DNA from: a bacterium
GTDB taxonomy: Bacteria > SZUA-182 > DTGQ01 > JAFGSM01
Assembly: GCA_049472335.1 (NCBI GenBank)
Contig: JBLIRO010000057.1
Coordinates: 1 to 33,103, forward strand
Direction: 5' to 3'
DNA: 33,103 bases
Below the pieces are notes generated by a model that did not search any database, was not told the origin of the DNA, and saw only the letters and a program-made list of their open reading frames with translations. The stretch's first letter is position 1; each line of letters opens with the position of its first letter. Shown piece by piece: positions 1 to 9,704 of the stretch. Both the position numbers and the translations under genes were made by a program.

Positions 1-70
1 GAGCAGCTTTTCGCTACCCCCTTATTTTCTATCCTTGAACTTATCAAATGATGATAACCAAAGAGACTTT

Positions 71-526
71 TTACTTGGCTTCTGCCTTCACATGACAGTC
101 ATTACACTTGGTCGGAGCATTTGCAGCCTTTGCCTTTTCATCAGTCTTATGGCAATCCTTGTAACATTGTTTATGCATGGCGTTTTTTAGGTCCAGGCAT
201 TTCTCTTTTGCCTCGGCGCTATGACAGCCTTCACTACTGCACTTTTTTGCCTTTGCCTGCTCTGCAGGATCATCACTTTTCATTTCATGATGACATGTTT
301 TACAGCCATATCCACCCTCGCCATATTCCTTGGCATGTTTCTTATGGGTCAGCTTGGGCAAATTGTATCCCGGCGGAATCTTGGTCTTCTTTCCATCCTT
401 GAAATGTGAGACATCGGAATTGATTTCTAATTCATCGGGAACCTCCGGTCCCCCGGCCTGCAGAACCATAGCGCCAACACAAATGATTATGAGCACTGTA
501 AGTACGACCCAAAATGACTTTTTCAA
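71..526 (-). CDS. Periplasmic tetraheme cytochrome c3 (class III cytochrome c)
   Basis: N-terminal signal peptide. Four heme-binding motifs: CKTCHH, CSSEGCH, CYKDCH, CNDCH. Distal His candidates in HKKH and MH. TTG start preceded by AGGAGG. Confidence 0.88.
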   Translation of the reverse strand: MKKSFWVVLTVLIIICVGAMVLQAGGPEVPDELEINSDVSHFKDGKKTKIPPGYNLPKLTHKKHAKEYGEGGYGCKTCHHEMKSDDPAEQAKAKKCSSEGCHSAEAKEKCLDLKNAMHKQCYKDCHKTDEKAKAANAPTKCNDCHVKAEAK

Positions 527-601
527 AACTTTTCCCTCCTTTCAAAAGGTTAAAATTTTTAAAAACAAGTTTATCCCGGATGAAACTATTACGATAATCG
601 A

Positions 602-630
602 ATTATAAAAAAAAGGTATAATAGTGTCAA
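602..630 (-). promoter_or_regulatory. Sigma70-type promoter for the cytochrome c3 gene
   Basis: Minus strand reads TTGACA (630-625), a 17-nt spacer, then TATAAT (607-602): a perfect consensus. Confidence 0.75.
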
Positions 631-684
631 GATTCTTTTATCAGTAATTCTAAATCCCGACAATTATGTTAACCCTTTTGAATT

Positions 685-2166
685 TCAATGAATGCTCATA
701 TCGGCCTTTTCAACTTCTCCCATAAAGTTCAAAGGCCTTTCAAAGCCATTTTCATTCCCGACAACTACCAGTATGGATTTATCGGGTTTTAAATAATCTT
801 TCGCAACCCGCATTATATCTCCCAGATTTACTGCAGATATCATGCCAGGATAGGTTTCAAGGTAATCTTCAGGCAGATTATCATATTCCAGGGAGATATA
901 TTGCTCAACAAGACCTGCTGTGGATGCGAACGAAAAGATATATTTGTTGATTATTGATTCCTTTGCCCAGGTCAGCTCTTCCGGGATTACACCTTCATCT
1001 ATTACCCTTTTCAACTCATTAATTATGAGATCAATAACTGTTGCAGTTGTTTCAGATTTTGTCATTGCATAGGCACCAAAAACACCGTAATCAATGTCAC
1101 CACGATAAAAACTTCCAACGCTATAGGCAAGTCCCCGATTCGAACGGATCTCCCTCATCAGCCTCGAATTGAATCCATCACCCAGAATATCATTCAAAAC
1201 CACCATCGGGAAATAATCCGGATGATTCTTCGGACAACATAGTTGTCCCAAAACTATTGTGGATTGAGGAAGAAGCTTTGGGGCATATACAATTGATCTC
1301 TCATAAGGGCTTTCCGGAACAGGTCTGGAAAAATGAGAGTTTGAATCTTTCTCCCAGTCGCCAAACAATTTGGAAACAGCGTCCAGTATCTGATTTTTCT
1401 CAAAATCCCCTGAAATTCCCATAAGGATATTATCCGGGGCAAAGGAAATACTGTGAAACTCAATAAGATCCTGTCTGGTGATCCTCTCTACACCTTCAAT
1501 AGTCCTGATCCTCCCCCTTGGATCACCTTTATAAACCTTTCTTTTAAACTCTCTGGAGGCAATCCCAAAAGGATCGTCATTCTGTCTGCGAATTGACTCT
1601 ATCATCTTCATCTTTGAAAGCTCGACTTTTTCTTCTTTAAAGGCAGGGTTACGCAGGACATCTGAAAAGATACCAAGGGCTTCATCCAGATCCTTCTTCA
1701 ATACAGAAAGATTCGCAGAACCCGATTCAGTCCCTATCCCTGTTTCAAGGATCACTCCCATAAACTCGAGTTTTTTATCCAGATCATCCGGGTCCAATGT
1801 CTTTGTTCCTCCCGATCTCATAACTTCACCGGTGATTTGTGCCAGTCCGACCTTATCAACCGGTTCATAAATCGCGCCCGTTTTAATAAGACAATGGATA
1901 TCTACCATCGGAACCTCATTATCTTCCATAAGATAGATTATCATTCCGTTAGGGAGTACAACACGCTCAGGTTTAGGCGGCACAAAACTAACAGGGGGGT
2001 AGATAAGCCGGGAAGGATGCTTATATATGGAGTCCATCTGGCCCGGAATACATGCCTGAAAAATAGTCACCGCAAGGATGAAAAAGACGGCCAGACAGCA
2101 AAGATAAAAATTTTCCCTGTTTCCCTTTTTAATATTTTTATTCATTATTCTGATCAATGGCTTCAT
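685..2166 (-). CDS. M16 (pitrilysin) family peptidase, non-catalytic subunit; possible lipoprotein
   Basis: LPNGM start of the M16 domain, SRLMREIRSNRGLAYSV motif, no HxxEH, hydrophobic stretch ending in IFQAC. Overlaps the upstream M16 gene by 4 bp. True start may be downstream. Confidence 0.88.
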   Translation of the reverse strand: MKPLIRIMNKNIKKGNRENFYLCCLAVFFILAVTIFQACIPGQMDSIYKHPSRLIYPPVSFVPPKPERVVLPNGMIIYLMEDNEVPMVDIHCLIKTGAIYEPVDKVGLAQITGEVMRSGGTKTLDPDDLDKKLEFMGVILETGIGTESGSANLSVLKKDLDEALGIFSDVLRNPAFKEEKVELSKMKMIESIRRQNDDPFGIASREFKRKVYKGDPRGRIRTIEGVERITRQDLIEFHSISFAPDNILMGISGDFEKNQILDAVSKLFGDWEKDSNSHFSRPVPESPYERSIVYAPKLLPQSTIVLGQLCCPKNHPDYFPMVVLNDILGDGFNSRLMREIRSNRGLAYSVGSFYRGDIDYGVFGAYAMTKSETTATVIDLIINELKRVIDEGVIPEELTWAKESIINKYIFSFASTAGLVEQYISLEYDNLPEDYLETYPGMISAVNLGDIMRVAKDYLKPDKSILVVVGNENGFERPLNFMGEVEKADMSIH

Positions 2167-3746
2167 AATCCGTTTTCTCCTTCAGATTCCTTGACCAGCG
2201 TTGCCACAGTTCTAGTGTCTGGCTTCAGATACTCCCTGGCGACATCCTGGATCTCCTGTGTGGTAATCGTTGTTATCACATCCAGGTATGTGCTGATATA
2301 ACGCCAATCTCCGGCAACGGTCTCAAAATAAGACAGTTTGTTTGCCATCCCGGAGTTTGATTTGAGTTCCCTTATCAAGTCCGTCTGAATCTGATTCTTT
2401 ATCTTACCGAGTTCCCAATCCGATACAGGCTCTTCCTTAAGTCTGTCTAACTCTTCATAGATTATCTTTTCTATTTCCTCTGTTGTATTTGGATAACGCG
2501 GTGTTGCAAAGATAGTAAAAATATTTGGAAAGCGTGCACCCGGCAGGCCATTGGATGAACTTACTCTAACAGCGACTTTATCCTCTGAAACCATCCTCTT
2601 GTAAAGCCTGGAAGTCCTGCCATCCGTCAAAACCGAGCTAATAATATCAAAGGCATAATCTACACGATCGGGCAAGGTGGGTTTAAGATAGCCAATAATC
2701 AGTTGGGGTTCGGAATCAAAAATGACCTCCACCCTGTGCTCTCCCTTCTGGACCGGCTCTTTTGTCAATACTGGCGGAACAGGGGGTTGTGAAGGGATCC
2801 GGCCGAAATAGGTTTCCATCAATGCCATGAAATTTTCCGGTTCTATATCTCCGACAGCGGCCACCACGACATTATTGGGCGCATAATAGCTGCGGAAAAA
2901 GGCCATAGTGCTGTCCGGATCCAGGAACCTGATATCCGATTCCCAGCCTATAATAGGGTTCCGGTATGGATGGGCTATAAATGCCGCTGCCTGAAACTGC
3001 TCAAGAAGCTTCCTGAAAGGCTGCGAATCATAACTCTGCCGCCTCTCCTCCATTACCACATTCCGTTCAGAGTAAAACTCTCTCAATACAGGATTAAGCA
3101 TCCTGTCCGATTCAAGCCTTGCCCAGAGCTCTATTCTGTTGCTGGGCAGACTTACCGTATATGTGGTCATATCCGAGCTTGTGAATGCGTTAAAGCCAAC
3201 GGCCCCGTTTTGAGAATACAACAGGTCCATTTCATCCTTCACAACATAAGCCTTATGCTCATGCTGCAGTAAATCAAGCTCAGCGGAAAGCTTATCTATC
3301 CTGTTGGGATCTCCTTCCCTGCCCTTAAGCAATTCTTTATCCAGTGCCTGACCAACCTTTTTAATCTTTTCAAGAATAACGGACTCTTTCTCATAATCCC
3401 TTGTTCCAATTGTTTTTGTTCCCTTAAACATCAAATGCTCCAGGAGATGCGCTGTACCGGTGCGGCCCTTCGGCTCGTCAACCTTTCCTACTTTGTATCT
3501 GATGTACAGAGAACAAACCGGCGCCTGGTGCCTTTCCATTATAAGAATGGTCATTCCATTGGAAAGCTGTTTGCCGATGACCCTGGATTCAAGATCGGTC
3601 GCGCCTGCCTTTACTGACAGAGATAGGGTTATAGAAGTAGCCAAAATAACAAATAAAACGAAAAAAAGAGAAAAATAGTTTCTAAAACCCTTTGGGTGGA
3701 TATAGGTTTTATAGGTTTTCTTTTTAATTTCAAAAAAACTCGGCAT
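2163..3746 (-). CDS. M16 (pitrilysin) family zinc peptidase, catalytic subunit
   Basis: GTAHLLEHLMFKGT (inverted HxxEH zinc motif), NAFTS, ERNVVMEERR, HPYRNPIIGW; N-terminal hydrophobic signal. Confidence 0.92.
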   Translation of the reverse strand: MPSFFEIKKKTYKTYIHPKGFRNYFSLFFVLFVILATSITLSLSVKAGATDLESRVIGKQLSNGMTILIMERHQAPVCSLYIRYKVGKVDEPKGRTGTAHLLEHLMFKGTKTIGTRDYEKESVILEKIKKVGQALDKELLKGREGDPNRIDKLSAELDLLQHEHKAYVVKDEMDLLYSQNGAVGFNAFTSSDMTTYTVSLPSNRIELWARLESDRMLNPVLREFYSERNVVMEERRQSYDSQPFRKLLEQFQAAAFIAHPYRNPIIGWESDIRFLDPDSTMAFFRSYYAPNNVVVAAVGDIEPENFMALMETYFGRIPSQPPVPPVLTKEPVQKGEHRVEVIFDSEPQLIIGYLKPTLPDRVDYAFDIISSVLTDGRTSRLYKRMVSEDKVAVRVSSSNGLPGARFPNIFTIFATPRYPNTTEEIEKIIYEELDRLKEEPVSDWELGKIKNQIQTDLIRELKSNSGMANKLSYFETVAGDWRYISTYLDVITTITTQEIQDVAREYLKPDTRTVATLVKESEGENGL

Positions 3747-4013
3747 CCTTATATCTCCAATTTCATAATTTTATTGCTCTTTTTTAATACTTTTACACAT
3801 AAAATCAACATATTAGTATGTGCTTAGTTCTTATATCCCCTGAATATTACATTTTTATATCAACTGAATACAGGGTTGTTAGTATATCCAAGAAGAAGAT
3901 ATCATGCAAGAGAGCTTGTCTTTCCACTTGAAAAGATCAATTAAGATAAATCTAATAAGTAAGGTTTGTAAACAACGTCCCCTCTTAACTCTAAATTCCC
4001 TCTAAATTCAAAT

Positions 4014-4051
4014 TTGACAAATAAGATATCCTATCGTATTATATATCTTAT
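4014..4051 (+). promoter_or_regulatory. Sigma70 promoter of the vapBC pair with an overlapping palindromic operator
   Basis: TTGACA (4014-4019), 17 nt, TATTAT (4037-4042). Inverted repeat ATAAGATAT (4021-4029) / ATATCTTAT (4043-4051). Confidence 0.7.
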
Positions 4052-4265
4052 GAAGGTAACTGCTATATTACCGGACAATCTCATAGAAGAAGTAAAAGAG
4101 TTTACTAAAGGGAAAAATCTTACCGAGGGCTTAATTATTGCCTTAAAGGAATGGTCTAATCTCCGGCATATTAAAGAATTAAATAAAAAAATAGAAAAAA
4201 CACCATTAAAATTTTCAACTGATTTTAATGCTGATGATATTCGTGAGCTTAATCGAAGATCATGA
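4050..4265 (+). CDS. VapB-type antitoxin (DUF2191-like, RHH)
   Basis: MKVTAILPDNLIEEV N-terminus typical of RHH antitoxins; ATGA overlap with the PIN gene. Start moved to the ATG at 4050 because the ORF-track TTG is the -35 box. Confidence 0.75.
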   Translation: MKVTAILPDNLIEEVKEFTKGKNLTEGLIIALKEWSNLRHIKELNKKIEKTPLKFSTDFNADDIRELNRRS

Positions 4266-4633
4266 TCATTCTTGACACATCAGTCTGGATAGAGTTCTTT
4301 AAGAAAAATTTAGATATATTTACAACAGCTAAAAAGATATTGGAAGCAGAAGAGGTCTATGCATTAGAATGTATTTTTGGAGAACTTCTCCAGGGTGCGA
4401 AAAATAATAGTGAAAGGGATTTGATAATATCCTATTGGAATTATTTACCAAGGATAGATGAAAAAGAAATATGGATAGAAGCAGGGAAATATTCCGGAGA
4501 AAACAGGTTGGCCTCAAAGGGCGTTGGGCTTATTGACACAGTTATTATTATAGCGGCTTTTCGTTCAAAATCAAAAATATGGACCCTGGATAAAAAATTA
4601 AGAAAAATCCTAAATCAAGAAATCATCTTTTAA
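4262..4633 (+). CDS. vapC: VapC PIN-domain toxin
   Basis: IILDTSVWIEF, GELLQG, D..I..AA and IWTLDK PIN motifs; 123 aa. Confidence 0.88.
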   Translation: MIILDTSVWIEFFKKNLDIFTTAKKILEAEEVYALECIFGELLQGAKNNSERDLIISYWNYLPRIDEKEIWIEAGKYSGENRLASKGVGLIDTVIIIAAFRSKSKIWTLDKKLRKILNQEIIF

Positions 4634-4850
4634 TAGATTTATAAGAAATTTCCACAAACAATTAATTTCTGTTTATTCTTGATATTGTTAAACCTTACCT
4701 TTTAAAAGTATTAAACCTCCTTCATTAAGTATTTCCTTATTCAACATGGAATAGTATTCTTTCCTGCTTGTGGTGGCCCTATTATGGATACAACTGGGAA
4801 TAATTCTAAATAGTTAGTAAATTTTCTGGGTAATATCCTTTTAACAAACT

Positions 4851-4889
4851 TATATGCAAAATAGAAAATAAATTTCTATTTTGCATATA
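4851..4889. repeat. Perfect 17-bp inverted repeat (hairpin)
   Basis: TATATGCAAAATAGAAA - ATAAA - TTTCTATTTTGCATATA. Confidence 0.8.
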
Positions 4890-4918
4890 GTTACAAATTC
4901 ATTTTTTATTTATGGCAC

Positions 4919-4979
4919 TTGACAAAAATATAAAACTTGATATAATTGTACTATAATCGTATTATTATAATAGTACAAT
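4919..4979 (+). promoter_or_regulatory. Sigma70 promoter of the sulfate ABC operon with an operator-like inverted repeat
   Basis: TTGACA (4919-4924), 16 nt, TATAAT (4941-4946). ATTGTACTAT-N15-ATAGTACAAT at 4945-4979. Confidence 0.7.
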
Positions 4980-5081
4980 ATGAACAACATATACGTCATA
5001 AATTTTATTATGAATATGATATGGATTATAAATGATAAACACAATTGATATTTTTAATTCCAATTCAACCTGAGGTGTCAT

Positions 5082-6116
5082 ATGAAAAGGTTTATCGTCT
5101 TTTGTCTGTTTTTTTTGGTTTTCATAAGTGGCTGCAGCTCAGAAAAAACAAAGGGAAACGGTAAACAGGTCACGATTACACTAGGTGCTTATACGGTTAC
5201 GAAAGAGGTATATCAAAAAGAAATCATCCCTGCCTTTCAGAAATACTGGCTCGAAAAAACAGGACAAAAGGTCAAATTTCAGGAATCCTATATCGCTTCG
5301 GGCGCGCAATCCAGGGCGATCATTGGTGGATTTGAAGCGGATATTGCCGCGCTGTCCCTTGAGCAGGATGTTGAAAGGCTTAGGGAAAACGGCCTTATAA
5401 CCCATGACTGGAAAGATAATCCGTATAAGGGTTTTGTAACGAGGTCTGTCATCGTGATTGCTTACCGGCCTGATAATCCTAAAAAAATCAAGGATTGGAT
5501 CGATTTGACAAGGGATGATATAAGCGTGCTTTATCCAAGCCCAAAGACCTCCGGCGGCGCAATGTGGTGTATCAATGCCATATATGGCGCGGGATTGAAG
5601 CTTACGGAAGTCAATGTTGGAAAGAAGGATGCAGATTATGCAAAATGGTTATTGAAATCCATACAAAAACGCGTCAAGGTTATGGACAAATCAGGCAGGG
5701 CTTCAGTAACCACATTTGAGAACGGAATAGGCGATGCATTGGTCACCTATGAAAATGAGGCCCTATTGAGGCAAATGGAGGGGAGACCATTTCCGTTTAT
5801 CATACCCGAGGAAACGGTTCTTATAGAAAATCCGGTTGCGCTTATTGATAAAAACGTTGACAAGCATAATAACCGAGAGGCGGTAGAGGCATTTATCCAA
5901 TTTCTATTTACTAAAGAGTCACAAAACGCCTTTGCCAAATATGGTTTCAGGTCTGTTATCGAAGAAGTGGAAAAGGAATCTTCAGCAAAATACCCTGTAC
6001 CCAAACATCTATTCGATATAGCCTATCTGGGAGGATGGGACCTGTTGGAAAAGGACCTGTTCGGCCCTAACGGAATCTGGACCGCAGTAATAGAAGAAAT
6101 CGCCCATGAAGAATAA
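5082..6116 (+). CDS. sbp: Sulfate/thiosulfate ABC transporter substrate-binding lipoprotein
   Basis: Lipobox ISGC; SYIASGAQSRAI, PKTSGGA, GDALVTYENEA and LIENPVA motifs of Sbp/CysP. Confidence 0.92.
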   Translation: MKRFIVFCLFFLVFISGCSSEKTKGNGKQVTITLGAYTVTKEVYQKEIIPAFQKYWLEKTGQKVKFQESYIASGAQSRAIIGGFEADIAALSLEQDVERLRENGLITHDWKDNPYKGFVTRSVIVIAYRPDNPKKIKDWIDLTRDDISVLYPSPKTSGGAMWCINAIYGAGLKLTEVNVGKKDADYAKWLLKSIQKRVKVMDKSGRASVTTFENGIGDALVTYENEALLRQMEGRPFPFIIPEETVLIENPVALIDKNVDKHNNREAVEAFIQFLFTKESQNAFAKYGFRSVIEEVEKESSAKYPVPKHLFDIAYLGGWDLLEKDLFGPNGIWTAVIEEIAHEE

Positions 6117-6182
6117 ACTGCCATACCCTTTAAAAAATAGAAGAAATCACTCATGAAGAATAAAGTGCCATACCCTTTAAAA
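6089..6182 (+). repeat. 47-bp tandem duplication across the sbp/cysT junction
   Basis: 6089-6135 and 6136-6182 are identical at 44 of 47 positions. Confidence 0.9.
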
Positions 6183-6992
6183 ATAGGGAAAGATGATTTT
6201 ATACTTAGAAGTCTGGCCTTCGGTTATATCGGTTTGCTGGTAATACTCCCTATCATTGCGATCACCACGGAATCATTCAGAGGGGGTTTTTCAAATTTAT
6301 GGGCCAACATAACCCTGCCCCAGGCATTATTCTCTTTAAAAATAACCTTTATTCTGGCCGTCATTATGGTCCTTATCAATATTGTTACAGGAACGGCCAC
6401 CGCGTGGGTACTTGTCAGATATAAATTTCCTTTTAAAAACATCATGGATTCTTTAATCGATCTGCCCTTCGCCATTCCAACGGTGGTAACAGGTATTATG
6501 CTGGTTATATTATATGGTCCGAAGAGCATGATAGGTAGTTTGTTGGGAAAATTCGGCCTTGAGATCATTTTTAATAAGCCTGGAATCATACTGGCATTAT
6601 TGTTTGTCACCTTCCCCTTTGTCGTGCGATCAGTACAGCCCGTATTACTGGAGTTGGAACAGGACATGGAAGAAGCGGCAAAAACACTCGGCGCCTCGCC
6701 TCAGACCATTTTTTTTAGAATCGTTCTTCCTTCATTACTGCCGTCAATTCTGACAGGGGCCGCATTGTCATTCAGCAGGGCGTTGGGGGAATTCGGCTCG
6801 ATCGTTATGGTTGCCGGAAATATCCCTTTCAAGACCCAGGTGGCTGCCGTATATATCTATGGGGAGATTGAAAGCTACAATATTCAGGGAGCGTTGGGCG
6901 TATCTGTTTTATTGCTGTTAAGCTCTTTTCTTATTCTGATTTTCTTGAATCTTTTGCAGGTTTGGAGCAGAAAATATGAAAACGCGGGATAA
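6153..6992 (+). CDS. cysT: Sulfate ABC transporter permease CysT
   Basis: IDLPFAIPTVVTG, FVVRSVQPVL, EEAAKTLGA (EAA loop), RALGEFGSIV. Confidence 0.92.
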   Translation: MKNKVPYPLKIGKDDFILRSLAFGYIGLLVILPIIAITTESFRGGFSNLWANITLPQALFSLKITFILAVIMVLINIVTGTATAWVLVRYKFPFKNIMDSLIDLPFAIPTVVTGIMLVILYGPKSMIGSLLGKFGLEIIFNKPGIILALLFVTFPFVVRSVQPVLLELEQDMEEAAKTLGASPQTIFFRIVLPSLLPSILTGAALSFSRALGEFGSIVMVAGNIPFKTQVAAVYIYGEIESYNIQGALGVSVLLLLSSFLILIFLNLLQVWSRKYENAG

Positions 6993-7827
6993 TACCGTAA
7001 AGATAGCCGTGAAACAAAAAAAAACAGGGAAGAATATCCTGATTCTCAGTGTGATAGCCTGGTTCCTGGTTTTGATTCTAGTACCGATTTATGGGATTGC
7101 CAAACGAACATTCACTTATGGAATATCGATCTTTTTGGCCTCCATATTCACACCTGCCGCCCGCCATTCATTTTGGTTAACCACGCTGATCACAGTCTCT
7201 GCCATTGTTATAAACACCATCTTTGGCGTTATTATTGCGCTGGTTCTCGTAAAACAAGACTTTAAGGGGAAATTGCTTATCGAAGGCCTTTTGGATCTGC
7301 CCTTTGCCGTATCACCGGTGGTTGCGGGATTCATGTTTATTATCCTTTTTGGTCCCAAGGGATGGATCGGCAGTTTGTTCGAAGGTTATAACATAAAAAT
7401 CATTTATGCCCTTCCGGGGATGATAATCGCCACTTTATTCGTGACCCTTCCCTTTGTGGCAAGAGAAGTGATACCTGTATTGAGGGAATTCGGTCTTGAA
7501 CAGGAAGAGGCTGCATATGTCCTGAGTGCGACAAAATGGCAGGCCTTTTGGAAGGTAACCCTTCCCTCTATTAAATGGGGCCTCATCTATGGCACAACCT
7601 TAACCGTGGCCCGGTCCATAGGTGAATTCGGGGCTGTGCTTGTAGTAAGCGGAAGCATCATTAACAGGACACAAACGGCAACATTGCACATACATCAGCA
7701 ATTTACAGACTTTAACTACGCGGGGGCCTTTTCAGCCTCAGTCATATTGGCATTATTTTCATTTTCACTCTTAACAACTATGAAATTCATTTATAAAAGG
7801 GGCGATTGGAAGCAGCCATGGGCATAG
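6976..7827 (+). CDS. cysW: Sulfate ABC transporter permease CysW
   Basis: DLPFAVSPVVAG, TLPFVAREVIP, EEAA, VTLPSIKWGL, ARSIGEFGAV. Confidence 0.92.
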   Translation: MKTRDNTVKIAVKQKKTGKNILILSVIAWFLVLILVPIYGIAKRTFTYGISIFLASIFTPAARHSFWLTTLITVSAIVINTIFGVIIALVLVKQDFKGKLLIEGLLDLPFAVSPVVAGFMFIILFGPKGWIGSLFEGYNIKIIYALPGMIIATLFVTLPFVAREVIPVLREFGLEQEEAAYVLSATKWQAFWKVTLPSIKWGLIYGTTLTVARSIGEFGAVLVVSGSIINRTQTATLHIHQQFTDFNYAGAFSASVILALFSFSLLTTMKFIYKRGDWKQPWA

Positions 7828-8918
7828 TGATTCAAAACATAAATAAAAAATTCGGGGATTTTGTTGCAGTTGACAATGTAAGTTTTGAGATAAAAGAGGG
7901 AGAGCTTGTAGCACTATTAGGACCGAGCGGTTCAGGGAAAAGCACAATCCTGAGAATCATAGCGGGATTGGAAAGACCGGATTCGGGAGAAATATATCTA
8001 ACAGGTGATAATGTCACTCACCTTTTGACTCAAGAGAGAAAAATAGGTTTTGTGTTTCAACATTACGCCCTTTTCAAGCACATGACAGTAGAAAAAAACA
8101 TAGCCTTCGGCCTCGAGATCCAGAAAAGGAAAAAGAGTGAAATTAAAAAGAAGGTAAAAGAACTTATCAAACTCGTAAAGCTGCATGGTTATGAAAAACA
8201 TTATCCATCACAATTATCCGGCGGGCAGCGGCAAAGGGTCGCCCTCGCCAGGACCCTTGCCACTGAGCCAAGGGTCCTGCTTCTCGACGAACCCTTTGGT
8301 GCCTTGGATGCCAAGGTAAGGGGCAACCTGGCCACATGGCTTAAGGATCTTCATGACAAATTAAACATTACAAGTATTTTCGTAACACATGATCAAAATG
8401 AAGCGATAGAGATTTCCGACAAGATAGTTGTCTTAAACAGGGGAAGGATCGAACAGATAGGGAATGCTGAAGAGGTCTATGAACATCCGGAAAGCAAATT
8501 CGTTGCAAGCTTTATAGGACATGTAAATATAATCGATGCCTTCGTAAAGAATAATAATTTATTCATCAAAGGCACAGAATACAAAATAGAGGACAAGTCC
8601 TTCGATATGATTGACGACTCTGACACTGTACTGCTTGTCAGGCCGGAGGATATTATTCTTATAAGGGAAAGGACTTTACAGGATTTTTTCCCATGCTTAA
8701 TCAAAGACATTCACTATAGAGGGAGCTTTTACGAGCTTGATATAAAACTGGACAAGATTAATATAAGGGTTATTGAAAATAAATCTGAATTCTTAAAGAA
8801 AAATTGGGATAAAGATCAAGAGGCCTTTATTCAATTGAAGAATTACAAAGTATTCGATGCTTCCGAAGGTCACAAAAAACTTCATGAGCAATTGATACAA
8901 CTGGGATACATAGAATAG
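7818..8918 (+). CDS. cysA: Sulfate ABC transporter ATP-binding protein CysA
   Basis: Walker A GPSGSGKS, VFQHYALF, LSGGQRQR signature, LLLDEPFGALD. ATG at 7818 preferred as start. Confidence 0.92.
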   Translation: MGIVIQNINKKFGDFVAVDNVSFEIKEGELVALLGPSGSGKSTILRIIAGLERPDSGEIYLTGDNVTHLLTQERKIGFVFQHYALFKHMTVEKNIAFGLEIQKRKKSEIKKKVKELIKLVKLHGYEKHYPSQLSGGQRQRVALARTLATEPRVLLLDEPFGALDAKVRGNLATWLKDLHDKLNITSIFVTHDQNEAIEISDKIVVLNRGRIEQIGNAEEVYEHPESKFVASFIGHVNIIDAFVKNNNLFIKGTEYKIEDKSFDMIDDSDTVLLVRPEDIILIRERTLQDFFPCLIKDIHYRGSFYELDIKLDKINIRVIENKSEFLKKNWDKDQEAFIQLKNYKVFDASEGHKKLHEQLIQLGYIE

Positions 8919-8990
8919 ACCTCATAGGTGGCTTTAACCAATTCGGATTTCTTAAGCCTATAGCAGAATGAATGCCTAAAGTTATAGAAG

Positions 8991-9024
8991 AAGTGCCTAA
9001 AGTTAATTGACACTTTAGGCACTT
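8991..9024. terminator. Hairpin between convergent genes (candidate bidirectional terminator or palindromic repeat)
   Basis: AAGTGCCTAAAGT-N8-ACTTTAGGCACTT, a 13-bp perfect stem. An extra direct copy TGCCTAAAGTTA lies at 8973-8984. No clear U-tract. Confidence 0.5.
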
Positions 9025-9048
9025 ACAACAAATGGACCATGATCCTTT

Positions 9049-9594
9049 TTAATCTTGCGGAGAGATTTTAAATTCAACGGCTTGCAGCACTTCACCCTCC
9101 GGTCCTATTACGTCAACATGCCAGTCACCAACTGCATCCGCCATAATGATTTTAGAGCTATACGTGCGCCAGCTTGTTGATTTTACAAGCAAATCCACTC
9201 TCGCCATTTCGGTGTCACCGTAATACCATGCGTGTGTAACTTCAATAGGAGTCTTGGCACCTATAATTTTTGTAAAGCAATAAAGCTTACCCACATAAGC
9301 ATCGAAGCTTTCTCCTACCTCTACTGGTTCCCGATCCATTACATCTCTGCAAATAACAGCCCTGGCAATTTTTATCGGAGCAGCTTCAGGAGCAGCAACT
9401 TCCTGTAAGGACGCGGTTTGCTGGAGAGAATCGCCCTCCTGAGACGGAGCAGCCTCCTGTGAAGGTGCAGCTTCCTGCGACGAAGCCACTTCCTGTGACG
9501 GAGTAGTCTCCTGTGCGTTAATTATGCCTACTGGGAAAAGAACTATCAGGCACACCAACATAGGAGCGAAAAGAACGTTAAATAATTTTTTCAT
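9049..9594 (-). CDS. Secreted DUF2914-like protein with a hexapeptide-repeat linker
   Basis: Signal peptide ending NA|Q. QEAAPS-like repeats. C-terminal LYCFT..H.WY...SWRTYSSK..GDWHVDV domain. Confidence 0.75.
   Translation of the reverse strand: MKKLFNVLFAPMLVCLIVLFPVGIINAQETTPSQEVASSQEAAPSQEAAPSQEGDSLQQTASLQEVAAPEAAPIKIARAVICRDVMDREPVEVGESFDAYVGKLYCFTKIIGAKTPIEVTHAWYYGDTEMARVDLLVKSTSWRTYSSKIIMADAVGDWHVDVIGPEGEVLQAVEFKISPQD
9388..9513 (-). repeat. About seven 18-bp coding tandem repeats (QExxxS)
   Basis: QETTPS QEVASS QEAAPS QEAAPS QEGDSL QQTASL QEVAAP. Confidence 0.8.
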
Positions 9595-9704
9595 ACTGTT
9601 CCCCCCTTTCCTGGGATATTTATTTAAGATTTAAATTTGAGATCAGCTTAATTTAAACACAAATGATCATTTTTGGCAATACATTAAATTTGTATAAAAC
9701 AATA

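Noticed and set aside
4014..4049. TTG start at 4014 for the antitoxin
   Set aside because: The TTG is part of the -35 box; the family-like sequence begins at the ATG at 4050.
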